In this document: positions 13,267 through 26,149 of the stretch, in pieces
Layout of the letters: each line of letters begins with the position of its first letter
How positions within the stretch are numbered: position 1 is the stretch's first letter
NCBI RefSeq assembly: GCF_006345805.1
Contig: NC_043016.1
Span: 5,270,001 to 5,334,000, forward strand
DNA from: Octopus sinensis
Lineage: Eukaryota
Length of the DNA: 64,000 nucleotides
Reading direction: 5' to 3'
The notes under the pieces: generated by a model
Seen by the model: only the letters and a program-made list of their open reading frames with translations
What the model was told of the DNA's origin: nothing
Database searches by the model: none
Translations under genes and position numbers: made by a program

Positions 13267-13460
13267 TGTGTTTGTTCCCCACCATCGCTTGACAACTGAT
13301 GGTGGCATATCTACATCCCCATAATTTAGTAGTTCACGAAAAGAGACCGATAGTATAAGTACTAAGCTTGCAAAGAATAAGTCCTGGGGTTGATTTGTTC
13401 AATAAAGGCGGTGTTCCAACATGGCCGCAGTCAAATGATTGGAACAAATAAAAGAATAAA
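13050..13460 (+). mobile_element. SINE body and tail (octopus-type)
   Basis: Contains the GAGACCGATAG-ATAAGTACT...GGCGGTGTTCCAACATGGCCGCAGTCAAATGA...AAAAGA tail that recurs many times in the window. Confidence 0.7.
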
Positions 13461-13461
13461 A

Positions 13462-13512
<51 letters not shown>

Positions 13513-13516
<4 letters not shown>

Positions 13517-13835
13517 GTCATCCCATAATAATGTTTTTTTTTTACTTCTTTTTTTTTTCAAAATTAATAAGTTCTTTTTTAATCTAAAATATACTCTCCT
13601 TCATTTTCTACAATGTTCTTCCATCTGTCTGGTAGACTTACAAGACTCCTCTTCCAAAATTCACTTGTCCCTGATGAAAAACACCACACCAGTACTGTTC
13701 TAACCTCTTTTACAGGTTCCATATTTTTTCTGTTCAAATGATTTTGAAGACTGCAGAATAAATTATAATCAGATGGGGCAATGTCCGATGAATATGGTGA
13801 GTGGGGCATCGATTCCCATTCAAACTGATCCAGCC
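13513..13835 (-). mobile_element. Mariner (DD34D) 3' part with TIR, split from its 5' part by a hAT insertion
   Basis: TA then TTAGGTCATCCCATAATAAT TIR; ORF PHSPYSSDIAPSDYNLFCSLQNHL...LPDRWKNIVENEGEYILD. Homologous to the 52347-53955 copy. Confidence 0.9.
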
Positions 13836-16430
13836 CAGGTTTACCAAATGTATTACCAATTTACCAAAATAAAAGTACCAGATTTTGCTCAAAAAGTGCC
13901 AAAATTTTAATTTGTAATATTTTGCCTATAAATCAACTGAAATGTGTAATTATATATTATTTATAATATACAGGGCCTTATTTTAAAGTGACCTAGACGT
14001 ATTTAATATACTTACTTTATAATTAGGAGCTTGTATCGTCAACAGGGTGAGGTTCCTCTTTGTACCAATGTCCTTGTCCTTCTTTTACTTTAGCACAAAG
14101 CTCTGCATCAGATGTACAAGTTGTGCAGTTTACATCATGAAGAAGACTTTTTGAATGCAGCAGAGTATTGATTGTTTGGGTATGCAGTTTAGACCTATTC
14201 TTGACTTTGATATTATTTGGGAGTGAAAATATTCTCTCAGCTGCAGCTGAAGAATGTGATAATGATAGGAGTTGAAACATAATGCATCATAGGACCAGAT
14301 AACAAGCATCATCTCCACATTTTTCCTTAGAAATTTTATACCAATAATCTTCTGGTTTGGTAGCTTCAGTTGAAGTTTAATTTCTCTTCATTCTTTATTC
14401 AGAACTTCAATCTGACTCTCCTGAACAGTATTTGGAAATTTGCATGCCAGAGGAATAATTGAACTTGGACCATTGTAATCCTGAATACTAACTGGGTCTA
14501 GTGCCTCTAGAAGCTTCAGATTACAGAAGAAATCATGTGCAAAGAAGCACTGAAAAGATTCTTCTCAAGGTACACTAAAAAATTCAATGTTTTCACATGA
14601 AATTATTTCAATTCAGTTGTATTAATAGATGAAGCTTTCTTTATGTAGATGCTTTCAATTTTTGCTCCTCTGTAAATTTCAGTCATGAGAAGATACACTG
14701 ATAGATCATTGATGTTAATTTCATGTAGCTCTTATTTTTCACAATTTATTTTTTAACAAAATTGCCAAGTATTCCATTAACAGTACAGGTAATAGATTTG
14801 TACAGTCTATAGCTTTCGTATCAGAAATCTAAGTTCAACTTAATAATATCTGGCAAAATATATGCTAAAAAGACATAATACATTTCTGTGATTGGATTTG
14901 TTAATGAATTCAGTACATTTGAAGCTGCACTGTTGTTATTTTCAATAGCAGCAGTAGTAAAGAATAACAGTAGAGCAGGCCACAGTTCTAGTGTTCTTTT
15001 GACAACTTGTTCTAAAGATAGCCACCTTGTACAACTTACATGTAATAATTTGAGGATTTTTTTTAGTAAATGCCTGAAATTCTTCATGTTCTTGCAGTCT
15101 TTTGGAGCTATTTGAGAGAAATGAATATATGCTTCTAGTAAGTTCTTCTAAAAATGAAGGTAATTCTGGACATGGCTTTGATGCACAGATATGCATAGAG
15201 GGACATACACAACCCTAAATAAAAAGAGATGGAACTTTATTCTTCAGTAATGCCTGCAGACCTCCCTTCTGTCCCATCATTACACTAGCATTGTCATAGG
15301 CAAATCCTATCAAATTTTCAAAAGGAATTTCATGTAAGGTGAAAAATCTTTCAATAGAGGAAAAAATTCCATTAACAGAGCAATCCTTGGCTTCCAAAAG
15401 AATTAAATAACTACCAATAATTTTTTGAGTGCTACAATCATAAAATCTAGCTGACAGAACAAGCTATTTTTTTGTACACACATCAGTAATTTCATCAACA
15501 ATTAATGGAAACTTGTACTCTTTGAACTCTTTAATGAGATTTTCAAAGTAATAAGGGCATAAAGCATTTTTATATATTTGAGTAGTTTTGGTCCTTGCAC
15601 ATTTAATATTTTTAGCTATTTTGGAATCAGGATGTGCATTCTGAATTAGTCCAGGTAAATAATCCACTGGTAAGTTATCTTCTGCATTGAAGGAACAAAA
15701 CTTAAACTCCGCAGCTGCTACGTTTGTAATATGAACAGAAAAAGTATGTTGCAAAAAGTCAGTCCCTTTTCTACTTTTATTTTCTGAATTAACATTTTTA
15801 ATATGTTTATGAGTTTTTCCGTGCCTCTCCAGATTAGTTATACTGTCTTGAATTTCACTACGACAAAATTTACAGTATGCTCATTCAATATTTGTTTTAA
15901 TTGGTTCATGATGGAAATTGAGAATCCAATAAAAGTTTGTTTGATAATTTATGATTATATTGTTTAATTCTCTTCTTTGGTGGAATTAAACCTAAGTCAA
16001 TTTCATCACTTCTTTTATCTTTTATATTCTTGTTCATCATGAGGGTTATAAATCACTCATAACTGATAGAAGTTTAACGAGATAGTAAGGAAGTACTTGT
16101 CACTTATGTATAAAACATGCTACTGACTGGCATTAGAGGCAGCAACCTGGTGATATTGGATACATGTATATACCAACCAGTTACCAATTAGATATAAACT
16201 GTCATGTTATAAAATGTTGCAAAATATATTTTGATATAAAATAGTTAGTCCAATAGTAATGTAATGTATTTATTTTTACATTGTTCACTTACATACGTTG
16301 TAAACTTATTTTTTTACATAAAGTGAAAAGTTTGAAAAAAGGACCAAATGATTGCAGTGTAGTACCAAAAGTTTTACCGTACACTAAAAGTACCAAATTT
16401 TGTAGAATAGTACCAGGTTCGGCAAGCCTG
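13836..16430 (-). mobile_element. hAT transposon, both termini present, transposase decayed
   Basis: Imperfect TIRs CAGGTTTACCAA / CAGGCTTGCCGA. BED finger AYCKFCRSEI...NLERHGKTHKH, then LIVDEITD, YDNASVMMG, CTRWLSLE and the dimerisation motif SSAAAERIFS. Confidence 0.9.
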
Positions 16431-17086
16431 CTCTATGTGGCCATAGATGGAAGAACATCTTTCATCTTCTTGATGGAAGAACACCTTTCATCTTGAAACA
16501 AAAGATGGCCGTTTTTCTTCTAGTGTTGATTAAAGCTGCTCAAGCTGCTCACAATAGATCGCCTTTGTTATTGTTTGGTTTGGGTTTAAAAGTTCAAAGT
16601 GGACTAAACCTTTCATATCGCACCAAACAGATAACAACACCTTACGTAGGTGACGTCCTTCTTGAGCCTGGGGTGCCGGTGTTTTTCCTTTCCTTATCCA
16701 GTCTTCGGCGCTTGACATTTTTATAGAGAACCCATTTCTCATCACCAGTCACTATTTGGGCTAAAAAAGATTCATTCGTGAGACGTTAACAGCAAAGAAG
16801 AGCACACATTCACTTTCTGCATACGATTAGACTTGGAAAGTTTGTGATGAACCCTTTGACCCAATTTGCTAACTTTTGCGATGGCACACAGGTGTCAATG
16901 AATGGTTGAATGACCAAATCCAAGCTTCACTGCTAGTTCCTCAGCAGTTACAATGGAATTTTGCTCCATCCGGGTTTGCAGGACATCCTCCTTGAGTTCT
17001 ACAGCCTAGAAGATGAGTCTCCTCCTAGAAGGACGAGACTCATCTTCTAGGCTGTAGGTTCTGGTTCGGAATTTCTGGAACCACTG
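16431..17086 (-). mobile_element. Mariner middle/5' part, continuation of 13513-13835
   Basis: KVLLSVWCDMKGLVHFELLNPNQTITKAIYCEQLEQL; collinear with the intact copy at 52347-53955. Confidence 0.88.
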
Positions 17087-17094
17087 TATATATA

Positions 17095-19706
17095 TCGATT
17101 CTTAATACCTCCACCGAAAGGTACTAAGTATCAGACTGCCAGAAGGGAAGCTAGGAGGCAGGTTTATTTAGCCAGAGGGGAAACAGATAAGAAAAAATTT
17201 GCCAATGTTCTGCACCGTGAGGACCAAAGACTTGAGGTATTTTGTGTTGTAAGACAGTATGTGAGAGAGAATCGTGATGTTGTAGGAGAGAAATGTGTTC
17301 GCATGGATGATGGTTCACTTGCACTAAATGAGGCTGCAAAGAGACAGGTTTGAAGATGCCACTATGAAAGGTTGCTGAATAAAGAAAATGAATGGGAGAA
17401 AGAGAGTCTGTCGAATGTCAACTCAACAGAGGGACCAGCTATCTGAGTCGACAGTACCTTGGTAGATAAAGCAATTAAGAATATGAAGACAGGGAAAGCC
17501 CCCAGACCATCAGGAACCACTGCAGAAATGCTCAAAATATCTGGCAGTGTCGGCTATAGCCTAGTCACCGTATACTTAACCAGGTGATACACGAAGGAGT
17601 CATACCCAATGACAAGTGTAGCAGCATAATAGTCAACTGCTACAAAGGTAAAGGCAACGCTTTAGATACAAATAATTACAGAGGTATCAAGTTGTTGAAT
17701 CAGGTAATGAAGGTCATGGAGGGGGTCATAGCCCAACTAATTAGGGAGAGAGTCAGTTTAGATGAGATGCAGTTTGGGTTCGTGCCAGGGAAAAACACCA
17801 TTGATGCTATATTTCTGGCAAGACAGCTGCAGGAGAAATACCTAGCCAAAGATAAACCTCTGTACCTGGTTTTCGTTGACATGGAGAAAGCCTTTGACAG
17901 GGTCATTGAGGAAACTAGAGATAGATGAATGGTTAGTGAGAGCTGTGTAAGCCACGTACAGGAATGTTGTCAGTAAGGTGAGGGTGGGCAATGAGTACAG
18001 TGAAGAATTCCGGGTAGAGGTAGGGGTCCACCAAGGTTCAGTCCTCAGCCCCCTCCTATTTATCATAGTCCTCCAGGCAATAACAGAGGAATTCAAGACA
18101 GGATGCCCCTGGAAGCTCCTCTATGCTGACGACCTTGCTCTAATTGCTGAGTCACTGTCAGAACTAGAGAAGTTTCAGGTGTGGAAGCAAGGATTACAAT
18201 CAAAGGGCCTTAGAGTCAACCTAGCTAAAACCAAAGTGCTAATAAGTAGGAAGGCAGGCAAACAACAAATCCCATCAGGTAGTTGGCCCTGCTCAATCTG
18301 TAGAAAGGCATAGGTAGAAATTCTATAAGATGTACCAAGTGTAAGCTATGGACACATAAGAGGTGCAGCAATGTCAAAGGAAGGCTAACTAGGAAGATAG
18401 TTTTTGTATGTGGCAGATGCTTAGGAACAATAAACACTGAAAATGTACAGAGAAAAAACTTCTGCCACATTCCAGGGAGAAAAACTAGAAGTAGTTGATA
18501 GCTTCCGTTACCTAGGTGACCAAGTCAGTAGCGGGGGCGGGTGTGCTGAAAGTGTAACTGCTAGAGTAAGAATAGCTTGGGCAAAGCTCTTACCTCTGCT
18601 GGTGACAAAGGGCCTCTTGTTCAGAGTAAAAGGTAGACTTTATGATGCATTAGTACGAACAGCCATGCTACATGGCAGTGAAACATGGGCTGTGACTGCT
18701 GAGGACATGTGTAAGCTTGCAATGAATGAAGCCAGTATGATCCGATGGATGTGTAATGTCAGAGTGCATACTCGACAGAGTGTAAGTACCTTGAGAGTAA
18801 AGTTGAACCTTAGAAGCATCAGATGTGGTGTGCAAGAGAGACGATTGTGCTGGTATGGGCATGTGGTGGAAATGGATGAGAATAGCTGCGTGAAAAAGTG
18901 CCTCACCCTAGCAGTTGAGGGAACCTGTGGAAGAGGTAGACCCAGGAAGACCTGGGACGAGGTGGTGAAGCACGGCCTTCAAACATTAGGCCTCACTGAG
19001 GCAATGACTAATACCGAGACCTTTCGAAATATACTGTGCTTGAGAAGACCTGGAAAGCCAAGTGAGACCATAACCTCGTGGCCTATGCCAGGGGTGTAAC
19101 CAGCCCACTTATGCGTACCTTTCCTTCATTGAACACTAAACTCTGCTTGCGAAGACCTGTTGAGGCAAGTGGAATCGAAATCGAAATTCGAAGTTAAATT
19201 TGATGACTGGCGTCCATGCTAGTGGAGCGCTAAGAGTACCATCCAAGTGTGATCGTTGCCAGAGCAACAAATGGGTCTGTGCCACTGGCACGTAAAAAGT
19301 ACCATTCAAGCATGACCTTGCAGGTGGGGCCCAGTTAGAATTTTCTTCAGGTTGAGTAGCCCATCCCGCTCAAAAGGTCCCTGAATAAGGATTGTTTAAG
19401 GATGTTGAAAGAACCACCCATATTTCCAGAGGTGAATTATTCAAACCCCAAAGAATCCCTCTCGACACATGGCTATGATGCTCCCCCACTACTTCTGCTT
19501 GTGATCAGAGATGCACATATCGTCAGCCACTAAGGGACATGCTCAACTGGTTAAGGTCAAACAACTGACAAGCAAATCTGTGGTATTGAGCAGAATATTT
19601 GCTGTAGCCCATCTTTTATACCAAGACAAAACAATGTACATGATAACACTTCCAATCAGTTAAGATCAGAAGCCATGAGAGCCACTGCCTGGTACTACAT
19701 CAGGGC

Positions 19707-19790
<84 letters not shown>
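17095..19790 (+). mobile_element. RTE-clade LINE, 5'-truncated, with 3' UTR and (ATT)n tail
   Basis: NYRGIKLL, QFGFVPGK, DMEKAFDRV, GVHQGSVLSPLLF, YADD, PHD-like Cys motif and RRLCWYGHV...GRGRPRKTW, with frameshifts; (ATT)n at about 19710-19790. Confidence 0.92.
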
Positions 19791-19791
<1 letters not shown>

Positions 19792-20140
19792 TTAGTTATT
19801 ATTATGTATATGTAATATATGTATATGTGTATGTGAGTGTATATATGTATATGTGTATATATGTATGTATATGTGTATATAGATATGTACGTATGTATGT
19901 ATGTATGTATGTATGTATGTATGTATGTATGTATGTATGTATGTATGTGTATTTATGTACATATGCATATCTATGTGTACGTGTGTGTGTGCACATGTAT
20001 GTATGTGTATTTTAATCAACCAACCATAACTGAGACAATGAAATTCAAATGTGTCAACCAATTGGATTTAGCTTGGAATTGTAAATAATTTCTCCCCTAT
20101 CCCCGTAAGATTTCAAACCACTGAAATATTATATTAATAA

Positions 20141-23100
20141 CTAGCAGAGATACCCGGCGTTACCCGGTTACATTCAATTGAAGAATTAGACTTTTCTGTT
20201 ATATTTACATGGATACACACACATACATGTATATGTATATTAATATAAATACATGAAAGTACATGAAGTTTGTTAAAAAAAAGGGGATCATGTATATACC
20301 TCCTGGCTGTTGAGATTATAACACCTCGTTGTAAACAATGTTCCTTGTTTTTCTTTGTGGAGCATATACAAAAAGGTTTCTTTTGGTTCCTACTCTTGAG
20401 CAGCCAACATGCAGTTGCCCATGTGAGAAGCAGGGCTCTTCCAAGAGAAGACCAGCTACAGAGAGGGTTTGACCCTGAGATTTGTTAATGGACATGGCAA
20501 AGCTGACACGAAGGGGGAATTGCAGTCTTCTTGAATGTAAATGGAATTTCTGCTCCTGATGGAGTAAGAGGAAATCTTGGAATAAAGACGTCATCACCTT
20601 TTCCACATCCAGAAAGAATGATCGCCTCGATAACGTGTGACATCATTTTCTTTATCACCAGTCGTGTTCCATTGCAAAGTCTTGGTGGTTCCAGATTGCG
20701 GAGTAGCATTACAGGAGTTCCAACTTTAAGTGCTAATATGTATGGAGGTAGTCCAGGAGGCTCCAGTGAATTGAGAAATCCAAGAGGATAGTTCACAACT
20801 TCATTTATATCTGGAATTGTATCAACAGACTTGTAAGTGTGTATAGTGCCTGGAAGAGAATGCATTAACTGTTGATTAATTTTGTTAACAGCAACGTTTT
20901 TTGGAGCTAATATTGCTCTTTCACACAGCCAATTGTGATTTTGGTAGCTTTGTGTGAAGTTGGGAAAGACTTTGTTTTTGAGGTCATCTACAATTAACAA
21001 CAGAGGAAAATGACCACACCTCCATTTGTCCGGCAGCATCAAGAGGCATCTTGCCTTCACCAAGTGTCAAAATGTTCTGTGCAAACTTTGTGGACATTTT
21101 GTCGCCGTGTAGCTGAGCTCTCATGTTAGTGGTGAGACTGAAGATTGTAACTACATGATGCCACAGGGTAAGAACTTTAGGCATGCTGGACTTCATCTGC
21201 TCTAGTGCCTTTCGGAATGACAGGAAGAGTTTGCCTGGAATCACCTGACAACTGAAGCGTTACACCTCCCATTGGAGCCTGACAGTCTCGGATGTCTTTC
21301 AGGGCTCTATCTAATGCTTCCAAAGCTCCCTTGTGAGCCATAGTGCACTCATCCCAGACAATTAGATGACACATTTTAAGTACTTGTCCCTGATGTTGCA
21401 TGAAGGCATTTCGGATGCTGCTAAATTTAGAGGGAGTTTAAAAGTTGAGTGTGCTGTCCTGCCACCGGGTAACAAAGTAACTGCAATGCCAGAGGAGGCT
21501 ACAATACTGCAATGTCCTGATGCTGCCTAACTTCTGCAAGGAGAAGCTTTGTAATAAATGTTTTTCCTGTCCCTCCAGGAGCATCGAGGAAGAAGATTCG
21601 TCCCTCGCGTTGGCGTACACTGTTAAGAATAGTTCTGTAGGCCTGCAGCTGGCCCAGAAGTAATTTAGGCTCATTTCAACAATGTACTTTGAAAGCGCTT
21701 GAGTTTCGTAGGCTGTTTCACGAATGACAGCAGTGGGAAGGCTATTTGACCCTGACCTGAATGCTTGCGGCAGACCATACGTCAACAATTCATTTCCACC
21801 CAGTTTAGCAATTCTGTCTTCAATGTCAATGAGTATTTTGTTATAGATTCATTGCTGATACCCTCCATGTCAGGATAGAGCAGTTGAGCTTGGCGCTGAA
21901 AGTCTTCACCAGTGTTTCTGTATTTGAGCCATAGAGTGGCCGGATCACACAGTTCGCATGCCTGTAGTAATACTGCAAATAGTGCCCTGAGACTTTTAGG
22001 TGATTGTGATAAAGCAGCCTCTCCTAAAGTTGCATCCATTGTGCACCATCTTCTAACAGACCTTGTCGATAGCAGGCTTCTCTGTATGTTGTGCAGACAT
22101 GTCCATGAACGGTTTTTAGGCCTGGAAAGACGTGGCCCTCTGACCTCATGCAGTAGTAGACGAAGGTAGAAGCACTGTTGTTGAGTGGATGCACTGTGTA
22201 TACTCGCGCAAGGCAAGTGTGAAACTTAATACCAGGGTATCCATGAACATTTTGACCTGCTTTCCGTGGGGCCCATTTTTTTCCATTCCAAGTGTAGTAT
22301 GATGGAATCTGTGGATGTGGATACAGCAAGGTTTGAGCGAATGGACCCACTTGACAAAACTTGACGAATCCAGTGAGTGTGCTATTCCGTGGTTCCTCTG
22401 CCAACAGAGAAGCATTAGCATCGGTGAAGTACAATCTTTGACCATTTTCCAGGTGCACTGCAAGCTGTTAAATGGCGGGGTGTCGTTGGTGAATTGGAAA
22501 GCCAAAGATGTGCCAGAAAGCCTCATTTCTACTTGTGTACTGTCCCACCTGATAATGCGTCACCTCATCCTGGCAGTATTCTTGTTGAAGTCCAAACATT
22601 GCAGCGTCAGAACCCCTGTTTACATATTTGCAAACGTACTTGATGGATTTAACGGAGTTGCAAAACTCAACGTTGCTGTGGGCATTGAAAGTCTTTGACA
22701 GAAGTGGGCAGTATGGAACAATCCATCTACTATCAATATCGTGCTTCCAATAGTTGCTGTGAAACCTCCGTCTTCTGGTTTTCTGCGTCTGTATGAAGGA
22801 TACCCATCACCACCTGTCTGAGTTTCTTGTAGGAACCTCCTTGGAAATCTTTTTGAACATATGCTGTCCTTCAAGAATGGTGTGTTTATGTTGAATCCAC
22901 GCCCACATGGACCATGTACCATGTTTGCTTTAACTATTTCGTATAGTTCTTTGTCTAAAGCTGGATCAGGAAGCTCTGCAGAGATTATCTTGTTGATGTC
23001 ATTGGAATTGATCTTCGCTGAGAGCCAAAGCAGGATATGAGCATGTGGAAGGCCCCTTTTTTGCCACTCGATTGTATACATGTCACATTGTATGGACCCA

Positions 23101-24466
23101 AAGACTTGCCCTTTTTGTATGAGCTCCATGAGAGAGATTAACTTCAGATGGAAAACTCGGGCGTTGAGATTCCGGTTCGTATGTAAGGCAGGTTTGAAAG
23201 TGTTCCCAACAGTTATTAGTTGTAGTGGTAGAGTGTTTATGCCGAATATGTACGTATGCAAGTATATATATATATATATGTGTGTGCCTGTATATATGTA
23301 CAAAATCCACTGAGAAGGCTTTTGTTGGTCTGAGGCTACAGCAGAAGACACATGCCAAGTCACCACACAGTGGGACTGAACCCAGAACCATGTGTTTGTA
23401 ACGTAATTTGTTACCACACAGCCACACCAGCCCATATGTATGTATGTGTGTGTGTGCGTATGTGTGTATGGGTATATATATTATGCATGTATATATGTGT
23501 ATATATATGTGTACATATTACATGTACATCTATATATATACATCTACATAAAATACAAAATTCAAAGTATATCTTGATATCGCTAGTGATAACAATACTC
23601 AAAATATATAACAGACTGGAATTGTAGGCCCATCTCTTGCAATTTCGATCAATTGGATCTTGTCCTCCTTCTTGTATAAAAGTGTACGGCTGCAGCGAAA
23701 TTCATTTTTGGACTTTCTTCTATCGAAGGCATTTTAACAAAAATGCTTCCGTAAAGACGGTGAAAATATTGTCAATTTCCCCTAACAGGGACAAAATTCA
23801 ATTTTTAAACAATAACTAAAGCCCCTTCTCCGAAAGGGGGAGGGTTACGGTTTACAATTATTTAAGAAATGCAACACAACAACGTTTCCCTGACAAGGAA
23901 CCAACAAACGTGATTATAATAGTCAAACAGTAATAATAATAACAACAAACCTTTTTAATTTATTCCCATTTATGTGAAACCACTTATTCAAGTTCAAGTC
24001 ATTGATGTAATTTTATACGAATTGCTAATACACATACACACATATAATAAGGGTGAAAAATTGAATATTAATTTGATTAATATGAATTGAAAACCAGTGG
24101 TGTAGCATATAAGACCATAGCGGATCTTCTTCTAGCAAAAAGGATGATCACTATTAATGGTTCATCCCTATTATATAATACTTTCACTTTATTAGTTTCA
24201 GTATTAAAATGGAAGTGTCTGCATTACAAAAGAGAGATGTTTTTGTTTCACTTTTAACACGTAATACTGAAATAGTGGAGAAGATATGATATTGCTGTGG
24301 GGTCGCCCTAGGGAAAAAGTTAAGATTTTTTTTCCGATGACACTCCCCGGACCTTAAGTAAGGCATGTGTAAAATTTGAATGAAATTGGTTGTGTAGTTC
24401 TCAAGTTTTAGGGAAACACACAGACAGACAGACATACACACATTCCCAGTTTTATATATAGAGAGA
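20141..24466 (-). mobile_element. Helitron with both termini, internally deleted RepHel pseudogene
   Basis: 5' TC at 24466 preceded by A, followed by TCTATATATAAAA...TGTCTGTCTG. 3' end CCGG-GTAACG-CCGG hairpin (20153-20167) then CTAG (20141-20144) followed by T. Rep motif IEWQKRGLPHAHILLW; PIF1 helicase motifs DECTMAH, AILAPKN, LLRNL..LCNGTRL and SINKSQGQT. Confidence 0.92.
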
Positions 24467-24899
24467 TAACGTAAGCATAACTCGTAACGGCCTATCTCTT
24501 ACATCTTGATCTGTGAACTCTACGTATGTACATACATGTATTTTTTGTATGATGTAAAAGCATAAAATCTCTTTATATGTATTAGTGGATGTTTATGCGC
24601 ATATATGTATATACATATGCATGTGTTTGTTACCTGTGTATGCAGAATAAGACTGAAGTTTCGATTTTGACTGTATGATATATGAATATAATGACATTAT
24701 TTGTTGAATTAATGTGCTTGCATCTTTCATAAGCATCTGTCTATGTTATACTATATTATATATATTATATTATATTATATTATATTATATATATTATATT
24801 ATATTATATTATATTATATTATACTATATTATATTATACTATATTCTATGTGGTATTTTCCATCTACTATGTATTGTGAATAGCAGAATTCACATAATC

Positions 24900-25680
<781 letters not shown>

Positions 25681-25720
25681 TATATATATATATTATATAT
25701 ATATATATATTATATATATA

Positions 25721-25827
<107 letters not shown>

Positions 25828-26149
25828 ATTATCTTTTTTTAATAATTTTGATATATATTTAAAATACTATAAATTAATTAATCTTATGTATTGGCTTAAG
25901 TTTTTCATTGTATGATTTGCCTATAGTGGTTTTATCTCTAATTTAATATATATATATATATATATATCTATATATATATATATATAATATATATATATAT
26001 ATATAAAATATATATAATGTAATAATTTGAATTCGCCTTAAATGGTCCCTTTACATACTGAATACTTGGTAAAATTGATTAATAATTAATTAATTTTACC
26101 CTCAATTGTTGAATATATATATATATAAATATATATATACATACATATC

